Shown here piece by piece: positions 1 to 13,010 of a stretch of 64,000 nt of DNA. Made by a program: the position numbers and the translations under genes. How positions within the stretch are numbered: position 1 is the stretch's first letter; each line of letters starts with the position of its first letter. Origin of the DNA: Azolla caroliniana (taxonomy: Eukaryota; Plantae; Polypodiophyta); NCBI GenBank assembly GCA_043228905.1, contig JBHGNT010000114.1:15760-79759 (forward strand), read 5' to 3'. Under the pieces are notes generated by a model. The model worked only from the letters and a program-made list of their open reading frames with translations, was not told the origin of the DNA and did not search any database.

Positions 1-2030
1 CGGTTCATTAGGTAGATGGCCGTATTTGCAGCTTCGGCCCAATATGACTTGGGCATATGCTTCTCGTTCATCATGGCCTGCGCTACTTCGAGGATATGCC
101 GATTTTTGCGCTCAGCTACTCTGTTTTGTTGCGGAGTGTGTCGGCAAGTGAATTCTCGCCGAATTCCTTCCTTTCGGAGATACGCCGTGAAATCGTCCGA
201 GAAGTACTCCTTGCCGCCATTCGATCGAAGGCATCGTACATGTCGGCCCGTGGCTTTCTCGACTTCATTCTTGAAATTTTGGAAGTGTCCGAACACTTCG
301 CTCTTTTGCCGCATCGGGTAGATCCAAGTGTGCCTAGAGAAGTCGTCGATGAAGATCAGATAATATCGGCATCCGCCGAATGTAGCCCTCTGCGCCGGTC
401 CCCATACGTCGGAATGGACTACGTCGAGTAGACCTTTGCTCACGTTCCGCTCTTTCGGGAATGGGTGTCAGTGTTGCTTGCCGAATTGGCACGCTTCGCA
501 TACACATTCAATCTCCTTCTCTTTGAATGTCGGGAATCCGATGACGACTCCTTTCGATTTCATTGCTTTGATTTTGTTGAGATTGATGTGGCTAATTCGC
601 TTATGCCATAGCCCTATGTCGGAGTCGGCTTTCGTGTTTTTCGCGAACATGGCGGATTTCATCTCGCGTGAATTGAGAATGAACATTCGGCCCTCTCTTC
701 GTCCGCGTGCGATGAGTCGGCCCTCTTTTTTGATGAAGCAACCGCCTTGATTAAATCGAACTTGTATCCCTTACTCTACAATTTGGCCGACGGAGACCAA
801 ATTCTTCGTAATGGTTGGTACATGCAAGACATTTTTAATGTAATTTTTCTTACCTTCTTTTCCGAACAGAACATTGCCGATGTGCCGAATCGGGTGTGTA
901 GTGTCATCTCCGGTTTCGACATAGTCGGGCCGGTCCGGCTCTCGAAGTTCTCAGAGCCATTCTTGATGCGATGTCATATGGTTCCAGGCACTTAAATCGA
1001 CGAACCATACATCTTCTTGACCAGAGGCACTAGTTTAGGTAGCGGCCGCCATAGAGTTTGCTCTATGTTTCATCATGAACATTTTTCCACGGTCGGAGTT
1101 GTGCGCATACATTCTGCCATGATCTTGGTAGTCAGAGTTGTGTGCGTAATTCGTGAGTTGTCGGCTTGTGGAAGCTGATTCACGCATCTTCTTTCGGCAC
1201 TCTTCTTCGTGGTGGCCGAGCTTTCGGTAATATCCGCATTCGGTTGCGTTTTGACGGCTCGGGCTGGAGTGGAAGCTCCCCCTTCTTGCGAAGGTTCCTC
1301 GTTGGCCTCCGTTTTGCGGCCGAAATTGGGAGTTGTTGTCATAAGTCGGACCTCGTTCGCCTTGTCCTTGGCCAAATCGGCCTATCGCTCGTCCGTGTCC
1401 TCTTCCTCCATTAGAGTGTGTGTAGAGCATATGGCCTTCTGACTCATAGCTCCTTGTACACACGTGGTTTTCTTCGACCAATAGCATTGATTGGAGCTCG
1501 AAGAAGGAGGGAGATTTCTCCCGTGCTAGAACGGCGGTTCGCATCGCGCCGAACCGTTGTGCGAGGCCGCCGAGGCATATTTGCACCATCTCATCATCAG
1601 CTATACATACGCTTATTGAGCCGAGCAAGTCGCAAAGCTCCTTGATCTTCAAGGTGTATGTCGTGATGGACATGTCCCTTTGTTGAATGTTGTTCAACTC
1701 TTGGCGGAGTTGAAGCTTCCTCGCGGTCGTGTTGGTGGCGAAAATCTTTCGTAGATTTTCCCACGCTTCCTTCGGCATCTTGGCTTCTCGAATGTAACCA
1801 AGCATGTGGTCGTGAACACATGTCGCCAAATAATACATCACGTAGCTTGCGGCTTGCTCCCATGTCGTGTATCCGGGAGCCGCTTCGGCGGGTCGGTCTT
1901 CATGCGCTCCTTTGATGTAGCTCCAATAGCCTTGTCCAACAAGGTATTGGTGCATCTTGTACTCCCAAGATGCGAAGTTGTTTCAATCCAACTTCTTGGT
2001 AGGGAGAGCGCTCCCCATTTGAGTATTCAT
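1..2030 (-). pseudogene. Copia gag-pol (gag, protease, GAG-pre-integrase, integrase start), disrupted
   Basis: ORF 1035-1955 (MHQYLVGQGYWSYI..ARKLQLRQEL), ORF 468-686 (LWHKRISHIN..CEACQFGKQH); in-frame stops between segments. Confidence 0.92.
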
Positions 2031-2189
2031 TATGTCGATTCTTCCTCTTCTTCTTCTCTCTTCGAATGCGAGCTATGTAGTGAAGCTACGATAGCTATGA
2101 GCCGGTTCTTGGTTGTCGCTGTAGAGCACAACACATGATCACGATGAGGCGAATGGGCTAGATCGAGTTACCAAATCGCCCTGATACCA

Positions 2190-2247
2190 TGTAAAGAATC
2201 AAGAGATGGATTCTTGTGAAGCGGAAGAGATGTGACTTATGTGTGTG

Positions 2248-2288
<41 letters not shown>

Positions 2289-2579
2289 TAGAGAATACGC
2301 AAGGTAAAAGTATATTGACAAAGGAGAAAGACTCAACGTTATACAAGGTGGGAGGAGGGTGCTTTATGTAGTCACGCTCTCTCTTCATTAACTACAAGCC
2401 TCATGGAGCATGGGGAATTGAAAGCTCATAAGTTATGTGTCATAGAATAGGATTCTATGACTCATACTAAATGCTAGAATACAAAGTGGTGACATAATGG
2501 TGACTCTTGACCGTTGGAGTGTCTCTTCACTCTCAAGGTGAATTCACACACTAGACCAAGTTGAGCTTGATTCTCAATA
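2190..2579 (-). repeat. Copia 5' LTR (~390 bp) containing a (CT)n tract
   Basis: Starts TATTGAGAATCAAGCTCAAC (TG>TA), ends TTTACA directly before the PBS; start resembles LTRs at 35695 and 53311. Confidence 0.85.
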
Positions 2580-3380
2580 GTTTCTAAATATTATTTTTTA
2601 CTAAAGGATTCTATTAACTTTTGTTATTTATTGAGTGATGTAGGTGGTATCGTTCATGAACTTCAAAGACCAACATCCTAACATCAATCTTGGATTTCGC
2701 AAGTTCTAAGGTTTGAAACCGTTTTTTGTTAGAAAGTTAAAAGAGAGGAACACATGTTGTTGTGTGTACCACATTAAGATGGACATGTTAAGGATTGGCC
2801 TGAACACTATGCGTATTGATTCTAAGGGTATACACGGGGATGGGTGTGTTTGCAATTGTGAGGTATGTAGACCAAATGGGAGTGATAATAGATGTAATGC
2901 GTGAAACATGACTTATGCATCGGTTTTTGAGTTATGGAGGTCTTTTGTTTGTGAAAAACAACCATTATCTGAGTGGCATAAGCATACATGTCTTCGAAGA
3001 ACATGTAGAGTTTGCCCACGACCACCATTTTGTAGACAGGACCTTGATGTAGGTAACTATCATTTTGTATCTGTTATGGACTTTGCAGAGAACTATACGT
3101 TTAAAGTTCAAAATCAGGTTCAATCAATGCATTGGTACAATGACCAATTGACAATACTTGTACATATTTGCTACTGGAGAAAAGACGGTGAGTTACATAA
3201 GAAATCAATATTCTACATTTCAGATGATAAAAAGCATGATACACTATTTGTTCAACATTGTTTTAAGCTTCACCATGCAGATTTATTGTCCTTGGGTGTT
3301 AACTTTAATCGGCATTGGGTTTGGTTTGATGGTGCTGCCTCGCAATTTAAGGGGGCCCGGTCCTTCTACTTCATTGCACG

Positions 3381-4620
3381 GTGAGGAAATAATCCATATG
3401 TTTGGTACTTATAAATGGAAGTCTATTTTGGTAATACTCCATAGTACTTATAAATGTTTGTATAAAATACTGAATTAGTAAATCTCCAACTACATGCACT
3501 AGTACTGTCTTGGAATGTGAATCTGAACTGATTTGCCATTTAGTTCTCTCCTCCTTGATTCACTAGTACTGATTATGGTAATAACCATGTTAAGTAAACT
3601 TAACTTACAAGTTAGTACTATCGTCCTACGTGTACAAGTACTAATTAAGGTTGAGGCCTTGTAATGTATCCGTAATTTACAACATAGTATTGTCCCCAAA
3701 GCTGCACATGCACAAGTACTGACAATGGTTTACAACTAAGTACTCAGATCCCACATGCACAAGTACTAATTTATAACTTAGGATTGTATTCCTTCATTAG
3801 CAACCCTCTCTCGTTCATTAGTACTAATTTATAACTTTGGACTGCCATCAGACAAGCACGAACACTAATTAATACTTACATTGCCCCCTCTCAGTAATGT
3901 TTGTACTAATTGATAAATTAGTTGTATGCAACTTTGTTCGTTAATTTATAACTTATGATTGTTCTCTCTTATTAATACTAATTATTAACTTAGTACTATC
4001 CGACCATGTTCATTAGTACTAATTATTAACTTAGTACTGTCCAACATTGTTCATTAAGACCAACTTATAACTTAGGACTGTCCTCTGTCAAGCATTAGTA
4101 CTAATTAATAACTTAGTATTGTCCAACTTTGTTTATTAAGACCAACTTATAACTTAGGACTGTCCTTTGTCATGCATTAGTTCTAATTAATAACTTAGCA
4201 CTCTCCAACTTTGTTCATTACAACCAACTTATAAGTTATGGTTGTTCTCTCTCTAATGCATTAGTACTGATTAGTAACTTACCACTCCCCAGTCTCGTAT
4301 ATTAGTACTAATTTCCAACTTAATATTATCCTTTCTCGTGCATTAGTACTATTAAATTAATAACTTACAACTTCCCGCTCTCGTCTATTAGTACTAATCT
4401 CCAACTTAGTATTATCCTCTCTCGTGCATTAGTACTAATCAATAACTTAGTCCTATCCTCTCTCGTGCATTAGTACTAATCAATAACTTAGTACTATCCT
4501 CTCTTGTTCATTTGTACTGATTCAAATATTAGTATTGTTCACTCATGCATAAATAATAATTATGGTTTAAGTCATGCAATTAATTATGTTTGTTGGCTAA
4601 TTGTCATGCAAAACACCCAG
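3381..4620 (+). other. Phase-2 GT-AG intron in the transposase
   Basis: CG|GTGAGG...CCCAG|A; splicing gives CGA and joins FIAR to YSSLTNIRMQWNYFGSGHGKG in frame. Confidence 0.8.
3560..4550. repeat. Degenerate AT-rich ~40-45 bp tandem repeat with TTAGTACTAA core
   Basis: Recurrent CATTAGTACTAATT(A)ATAACTTAG units filling the intron. Confidence 0.8.
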
Positions 4621-7330
4621 ATACTCCTCATTGACAAACATTAGGATGCAATGGAACTACTTCGGGTCTGGACATGGAAAGGGAGTGCACAATGGCGCGG
4701 GGGCTGTGATCAAGCGTGCTCTTACATCGGAGCAGTTGGATAATAAAGGTGCGAAGCTACAAAATGCACATGATGTTGAGTGGCTCACATGGAAGATGTC
4801 AAATGATGGTAAGAATAGATTGTTTATTGAGGTTCGTGCTCATGAGGTGGATAGGAGTAAATCATACGGTTGTAAAACCATGAAAGGGATGTGCAAGACC
4901 CATTGTGTTTTAGGGTTTAGTCGCAAGGACACAACACAATTGTTATTCCACAATTTATCCTGCTTTTGTTCCATGTGTTTAGATGAAGCTTGGGATGAAT
5001 GCACCAATCTATCAATTGTGGAGCCATGGAAGCTACAGAAGCTAGAGATAGAACACAGTGTGAATATCCAATAAAACGAACATTCAGATAATATTGTATA
5101 CTACAACCAGTGTGAGGACTTGACAATATTATTGGAAGTTGGAGATCATTTTGTAGTGCTCAGATCTCCTCAGAATGAAGATTTTGAAGACTACTACATT
5201 GTGGTGTGCAAGAAAGGAAATACAATATTGGAAGAAGTCGTGAGGGATGGCTAGGGCAACATGTTCAATGTTGGTGAGTCTGTTGTGTATGGCAACTACT
5301 ATGCAAAGTTGCCACAATGCAAGAACACATATGCATTGTTAAAAGAAGCACCCACCACAATTATCTATGTAGATGCCATTATTGCAATCAAGTTCAAAAT
5401 GACTCAAGCAAAGCACAAGGTTAAGGGATACAACACTGCCTACAAAGTCCCTAAAGGGGTACACGAACACATTTGGGGGAGGTCTCCCTCTTGAATGCTT
5501 AGAAAGGCAAGTGTTGCGTCTAATGTAACTTTTGCATGTATTCAAACTCTGACTTACAAGGGAAAGGAAATATATCATCTTGGGTTTCCATATTTATCTT
5601 GGGTTTATTAACAATATCCCACTTTGCTTTAGAGATGTATGTTTCTTTCACATGAAGTGTCTTGTGCTTGGTAAAAAATCTCATTGGCCAGTATCTGAGC
5701 CTACATCAGTATCAAAGTTAGGAGTTCATATGTATCAAAGTTAGGAGTTCATATGTGTGCCTATAACTCTTTAGTAGTTCATATGTATCATATGTGTGCC
5801 TATAACTCTTTAGGAGTTCATATGTATAAAAGTTAGTAGAATGCATATTGATGAGAGAGAGATGATAGAAAAGAGAGATAAGGAAGATAAACGAACCCAA
5901 AACCACAAAGATCTATTGCTAATGAATAATTATGATGACCAGGAAGAGAGAAAGAAGATACATAAATCCAAGTCTACAAGGATAAATTGATAACAACTCA
6001 ACCAACACTACGTGAATAGGCAAGAAAACATCACAAGAAAGAGACTCTCCTACCACCTTACTCTTCTTCCTTTATATAAAGTTCTCTTCCCCTAGATAAG
6101 CTTCCCTTGCTTTCTTTTTTATGCTTTTTTTAGCGTTTTTATCGAGTCCTATTCTTATCTATGACACAACAATCTTCAAATCGTTATATCTCCCTCGTCC
6201 GAGCTCCAAATTTAGAAATTTAAACATCTATGGATAGCTCTCTTCACAAGATTTCTAACCCATATTTGCACGTTAAATTTAGCTTCCAAACGAATGAGTT
6301 ACGAGCGTTCGTTGCAGACTGCGTTTTGGTGGCTTGCTTTTTTCTTCTTTTACTTTTCTCCATCTTTCTTGCTTTTAGTTTGACTTATCCTTGAGACCTT
6401 GGTTCGTGATCTTGCCCTCCTGATGTGAATGCTCCATACCTTATATTTTTGTAGTGTCCAATACCTTGAATTCTAAAATCACTTTCACACATACCAAGTT
6501 AGTACTAAATCTGTGTTAAGAGTTTGGTAACGTAGACATATGTAAGATAAGAGTGTTCATTCCACTCATCACTCATCTGCTCACTGACACATGTGTGCAT
6601 AAAAAGTAAACCAGAACAATGTCACGATGAAGGTAATCAATAACTTAACATTCCTATCAATTACAAACAACCACCTAGATACAATAAACTTATCTAGGTA
6701 TTGAGTGGCACTTCATCGTCGGAGGTAGTAGACAATTGAGTGGCACGAGGCAGTAGTAAATTAGCTACAATGCATATCAACTTAGCACTTAAATTATGTT
6801 TTAAGTGTTTACTAACCTAGGCATATCTAAGATAGGAGTGTTCATTCCACTCATGACTTTACATTCTCACCATCACATGTGTGCATAACAAGTTAATTAA
6901 AACTGTGTCAAGATGAGGATAATCAATGACTTAGCATTCCTATCAATAACTTTGCATCCAATTCACATTCCGTATATGTAAACCCCATTAGTGTCAAGAA
7001 GTAGGTAATCAATAACTTTACATTTGGTAATCAATTACATACAACGATCAAAATACAATAAACTTTGGTTTTAGTTTTTTTTTTATCTTGTAATGTGCCT
7101 ATTTTTGGTTTCATTCTTCTCAGATTTCACACCCTTCGTCATCTTAAAACCACGAGGTAGTAAACTACTTAGTGGAAATTCATCATCGGAGGGTGAACCC
7201 AAGCTTGAGGAAATAGTGTGCTCTATTGCAATTGCTTGAGATGCACACAATTCTAAGAAGATGCGGTCGATAGTCTTACCAGAAATCTCATGGAGGTCAT
7301 TGGACGTGTCATTCTTCAATTTTCTCGGTT

Positions 7331-7580
7331 CCACTACCACATTATTAGGAGTACAAACATGTTCCTCATCTTGGGTAGACACCACTACCACCTTATTAGG
7401 AGTACAAACATGTTCCTCATCTTGGGTAGACACCACTACCACCTTATTAGGAGTACAAACATGTTCCTCATCTTGGGTAGACACCACTACCACCTTATTA
7501 GGAGTACGAACATGTTCCTCATCTTGGGTAGACACCACTACCACCTTATTAGGAGTACAAACATGTTCCTCATCTTGGGT
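7331..7580. repeat. 51-bp coding minisatellite, ~5 copies
   Basis: Units start at 7331, 7382, 7433, 7484, 7535; minus strand encodes VVVVSTQDEEHVCTPNK repeats. Confidence 0.95.
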
Positions 7581-8874
7581 GTTGTCTTCATTGCAAACTC
7601 GTCGTTGATCAAGGTAGACACTTACTCCAAGTGCAAGCTACTTACAGTATTTTGGACAAACACATCATTCATAGTACCACACTCTCCTTCTTTTTGGGTA
7701 GTTGCAAGGGTCTCCTTAATGATACAACATTGCCCTAGGTTAAGGCTGCTTGTGGTGTTTTGGACACACACCTCATTCTTTGTACAACCATGATCCTCTC
7801 CTTGGGTCAATTTCACATTCTCTGCGGACTCCATTGCAAAGTTTCTTGTCACCTCATGCTTGGTCCACTCCAACTCCTCTTTTTGGGTGATCTCGCATTC
7901 CTCATGTGTGGTAGCGTCTGAGCCGGAATAATCAAGATTGCTCCATAAACTGCCTGAATCATCTGATGGTATTTGTGAATCTACATGCTCTTTTACTCCT
8001 AAATAATAGTAAAGTGATGCAAGAACAATATCAATTCACATTCTGAAAAAGTGAAGGCACCTAGCCAAATGTTTAAGGTTAAGAGACAAATGTTTACATA
8101 CTATTACATTGTCATTGTTGCTTCAGATGGTCCCATTTTCAAGTTGGGGCTCTTCATCATGCCAATATTTCACAACACTCTCTATGTATTAACACACTTG
8201 TACATTATTGTCATGTGAAGTAATATGGTCAAAATAACAATTATATGAGAGGGCTCCCAACATGTACCTGGAAGTGAGATAAATTCTTCTTCATATTGTG
8301 GCTCTGAATCTGTATCTCCATTTCCATTACTCTTTTCTTCCTTGTCTAAAAACAAAAGTATGTAGTATTAGTCTAACTCATCAAGATGACAACAACCACA
8401 AGTTTGTGAGAATTTGTATTACCCACCACAACAATCAACTTTGCATTTCTTCCTCTTTCCGTACAATTTCCTTGTAACATTATGCTTCTTCGTAGGTTCT
8501 TTGATAGAAACATAATAAATTAGTAGTATACCAACATTTTAGGAATTAGAAAGGCAAACACGATTAGCATTACCATTGACACAGTTAGACCGTGCCAAGC
8601 TAGGAGATTTTGTTTCAAGCATCACATCTTCAACTGTTCCAATGGCCTTTCTCATACATTCATCTTTATCATAAACTTCATCAGGTACCACTAAGGAACG
8701 ACCATGCACTTTGGAATTTGCAATAGACTCTGTACGTAGTATCGCGGGGCCTTGTTTGTCAATTATCTTCCCTGGTGTGGTGTTGCTAGAAACTACAACA
8801 TTCATATTATACGCATACATATTATAAGAGTACATATTATAACATGAGTCCAAAATTACAAATATAGTACTGAT

Positions 8875-9652
8875 CCACCTGGACATGCATATTTCATTTG
8901 GTAACGAACAATGCTAGTACTAAAAAGCCAACACATTCATGTCTATTTGTTCGTTCATGCAAAGCCTAATTCAAGGGGACACAAAAAGTATAATGCAATA
9001 AGCAATATTAGTACTAATACAAGTTATACAACCAAACATTTAGGACCCTCTGTACCAAATAATCAATATTGAATCAATTGATCATGAAGGAATACAATGT
9101 ATTAAGTAATGTTAGTACTTAATCAACATATTGGGAGCTTAAAGGATTAGTACTAAGCCTCCTGGACATGCATATTTCATCTGGTAATGAACAATGCTAG
9201 TACTAAAAAGCCAAGACCTTCATGCCTATTTGTTCGGTTATGCAAAGCCTAAGTCAAGTGGACTCAAAAAGTACAATGCAATTAACCAATGTTAGTACTA
9301 ATACGATTTATACAACTAAAAATTTAAGACCCTCCATACCAAATAATCAATACTGAATCAATTGATCACGAAGGAATACAATGGAATAAGTATTGTTAGT
9401 ACTTAATCAACATCTTAGGATCTTAAAGGAATAGTATTGAACCACCTGGACATGCATATTTCTGATAGTAATGAACAATGTTAGTATTAAACAACAAAGA
9501 CCGACATGCCTATTTGTTCGATCATGCAAAGCCTACGTCAAGTGGACAAAAAAAGTACAATGCAATAAACAATGTTAGTACTAATACAAGTTATACAACT
9601 AAACATTTAAGACCTTTAGTACTAAATAATCTGCACTAAATCAACTGATCAT
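8875..9652. repeat. ~283-bp tandem repeat, ~2.7 copies
   Basis: CC(A/T)CCTGGACATGCATATTTC recurs at 8875, 9158 and 9442 with colinear downstream sequence. Confidence 0.9.
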
Positions 9653-9936
9653 CCTAGATCCAACTGTAAGAATAGAACCAAAAGTAAAATTATAAAATAA
9701 TAGTATAAAAATTGCATAATGCTTAATCACATACCATAGGAGTGTACTTTCAAATCCCAAGCTAGGTACTATTTGACTCCAACTGTACTTTTACAGTCCA
9801 AACATATATTTTCTTTCTCGAAATGGTACTTAGCACATAACAAATTATATGTGTGCAAGCATGGTACTTAGCACATAACAAATTATATGTGATAGCATCC
9901 ATAGACTCAAGGTTGAATCCAAGGCCACAGAATAAA

Positions 9937-10426
9937 TGTTACCGATTAGGAACACTGTCTACGCTCAGTCCTTCGAGGTAGACCTCAAGGTGACCGTGTT
10001 ACAAGGAATGAAACAATCCTGTCGTAAATCATAATGGGATACCACCCCATATCCCGACAGCATATAAGGGAGACGGCTACAACCGAACTCCTTAGGAAGT
10101 GTACTAGTATCCGCATTTACGCTTACACACACTTACGATTAAACAGTATGCACAGAGAAACAAGGTACGCAACAGAGAAACAATGGACGACCACCTAGAT
10201 AGCCATAGATATGCACATAGATCAGAGAAGATAGCATTCTATTAGAAAAATGCAGCAACACTCTAAATTACACGCTACCTCTTACAGAGGATTTCTTCCC
10301 TTTATATACACATGGTGTTTAGCCATTCACGCTTCCCTCGTGAACCGTTACATTCGCTTCTTAACGCTTTACTATATTATAATATTTCTGCGCATCTGTC
10401 CGTCGGTTACGATTCCAAGGACAACA
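9937..10426 (-). repeat. 3' LTR of Arg-primed Gypsy
   Basis: TGTTACCG...ACAACA; colinear with 24510-24999, roughly 10% divergent by eye. Confidence 0.95.
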
Positions 10427-10473
10427 CCTGGTACGCATGTGGAACAGTGTCATGGCACGTCGGACTCATCCCT

Positions 10474-13010
10474 CTATTCTTCCTCCCAAATACCCTGGAT
10501 GTTTGGTTCCGCTCCTACGTACTGGTCCGGTGACGGCGTAGTGCCCGTAGGCGCGTCGTTGCTCGGTTGCACGTCTTGTACTTGCTCGATCATCGTGGAG
10601 GTTTCCATGGCGTCAACTTCTCCCTGCGTGGTCGAACCCAGCTCTACTGGCTCATTCCGTTCTACTGTGGCTGGCTCTTCCGTCTGCAAGCTCTCGGTAG
10701 GCTAAGGCTCTGTCTTGTCCATATCGTCCTCAGTGTTGCCGGCCATAGTTGTCCTCTCCGGTGAATTGGGTTGAGGTTCCTCCTATTCGGCCGTATTGCT
10801 ATCTGGCATCGTGATGGGCTCCGTTCTTTGCCGCGTGTTGCTTGCCTCCATGATTCGGTGAAACATATCCTCCTAACTTTTGCCAAAATCATCCAGTAGT
10901 TGTGCGAGTTCCTCATAGTGATGGTCTAGCGTGCGATAATCCTGTGCTAGGTCCTCGCATACTGCCGCAATGCCTTCCTCATTGAGTTTGTAGAAACTGC
11001 GACCTTCTTTCCTACAGTTCTCCCAGACCGCCCGGTAGGTATGCGACTCCACCGCTTGTGTTGCCCATGCTATCCAGCCTTTGTCTAGCGCTGTTTTTAA
11101 TTGCGCCGTAAACCTCTCCCGATTTGTTTGAAGAAGTGTGCGTACGTTATCAGTTATCACTTGGCAGTGGTTTTGCAATTCTTCTAGGGTTTTTCTGAGA
11201 TTTTCGATTTCTTGCTTAGTAACCACAACCGCTTCCTCATAATGTTTCTTCGTCTCTGCCCATATCTGAGATTCTTTCAAGTGTAATTCCTCCAGCCGGC
11301 CCATTTCATTGTTCAGGCGGACTTCGACTTGATGCTTCACTTCCTGTTCTCGTATGAGTTGCTCGTCGTACCACGCTTTCTTCTTTCCCAACAATGCCCG
11401 GAGTCCTGAGATCGCCGCTTCCGACTTTTGGGCTTCCTCCCTTAGCTTGGTGTTTTCTTCTTTCGTGCGGGTGTGCATTGGTGCCTCCGCTTTGAGTTTC
11501 TCTTCGAGTGCCTTTACTGTCCTTCGACCTTTGGCCCGGATGTCCTTTTCTCTGTTAGAGGATTGGTGGAGTTTGGAGCGGAGGCGGTCAATCTTGGACT
11601 CTGCAAGCTGCGTAGCCCTTTTCGCTTAAGCAACAATGGCCTATTGTGCTGCAATCTCCTCTTGTAGGGCTATCGATGGGTCTTCACCTGCTATTGTTTC
11701 GGGGTTTTGCGGTGCCCTAGTGACGCTATGTTCGAGCTCCGTAATGCGCTCTTGGGCCTTCTATAGTTGGGCTTGAGTTAACTTGACTGTTATCCACACA
11801 TTTTTATTCTTGCTAGCCATATCCTTGGCCCCCACACTAACTCTAGCCAATTCCCAATGTACCTTGACCAGGGCCGCATTCAATGGAGGTAGTTCAATGC
11901 CCATACGCCGAATCCCCACATTCCGTTGTCTGCCTACTTTGGCTAGAGGCCCTTCATCGTCATTTTTTGTTGTTTGTGTGAGCACACGCTCAATCATTTG
12001 TTGTTCTGTGTGCTCCTCCGCCATTCTCTGCGATACCTTAATTTTTCGCGTTGCCAAAAATTCCATGAGTTCGTAAGTTGTTCCAAATTGTAGTAGCGCT
12101 CCGAACTCATGGGCTGTATCCGGGATGTCCGGGTATTTTAGGACTTCGTTTTCTACCATGAGTACGCCTTTCACACGTTGCAACTGGGCCATAATTATCG
12201 GCCGTGGTTCCTGGATTATTTCTAAAGTGGTGTTGGGCTCCGTAGCTGCGGAATTGTCGACCAAGACGGTCGTGTCTGTGTTTATGGTTGTGTCTTTGAC
12301 CAGTCCGCGTCCATCTTTCCTGTCCAGCCTACGTTGTTTCGACATCGGGCTTTCCTGGCGTTGCTCGGCTTCTTGCTCATGCGGAGCTTCCTCCCTGCTT
12401 GTCGGTCGTTCTTCCTGTGTTGTCCGCGTGCTAGGTTGGGAAGACGGTGGTTCATTGTCCCATTCCGTGGTAGCCAACTCTACTAACCACTGTTTCACAA
12501 AACGTGGCGGCGGCCTAGGTTTACTAGGCTGTGGTGCGGGCAAACGTCGGGATGGAAATAGTATCGTCAGATACTGTTGTATGACTGGCCTTAGCTTTTT
12601 GCTACCTTGATATACGTGCAGGACTTCTGGTAAAGCTAGTTCCATAATTACCCCCCAATTGACCCCGCGCCCTTCGAAGGTATCAATGATGATGCCTGCC
12701 TTCTGCTTTGGCATCCCATAGGCATTTATGTGCACACATCCTACCTCCAGCAAGAACTTGACTATTTCTCGAAAGAAGGGGTCGGGGATTTCCTTCGTCT
12801 TGTATGCTTTGGTGGACACCGAATATGCCCCGAGATATTTCTGCAAGGTTTCCGCAGGAGGGATGTTGAAATGTTTCTCCCCAAGCGATGATAAGTCCCG
12901 CTTCTTCCGGATGGTAGCATTGGTGACCATGTCTATGTTGACTTTCTTGGCAATTTCCAGAGCTTCAGGTTGAGCAGGTGCCTCGACGACTTTGATGTAT
13001 CCATCCAGTC
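10474..13010 (-). pseudogene. Gypsy accessory ORF(s): conserved N-terminal domain, low-complexity linker, coiled-coil region
   Basis: ORFs 11761-12930, 10873-11478, 10474-10689 between integrase and 3' LTR; homologues at 37410-40620 and 51150-53310. Confidence 0.8.

Larger units (their letters stand above)
1..2579 (-). mobile_element. Ty1/Copia LTR retrotransposon, 5' part (runs off window start)
   Basis: Minus-strand 5' LTR 2190-2579, iMet PBS TGGTATCAGGGCG at 2189-2177, then gag, protease, GAG-pre-integrase and integrase remnants. Confidence 0.93.
2644..5494 (+). pseudogene. Sola2-like DDD transposase, intron-containing, disrupted
   Basis: Motifs F..LKP..CCCVYH, MDFAENY, QSMHW, SDDKKHD, DGAASQFK, WNYFGSGHGKG.HNGAGAVIKR, SCFCSMC across ORFs 2713-2904, 2908-3384, 4601-5074, 5261-5494; family assignment from motif recall. 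Confidence 0.75.

Noticed and set aside
7331-7580. CRISPR-like array
   Set aside because: Head-to-tail repeats with no unique spacers, no cas genes, eukaryotic context.
11761-12930. Envelope gene call for the accessory ORF
   Set aside because: No signal peptide or convincing transmembrane segment visible.
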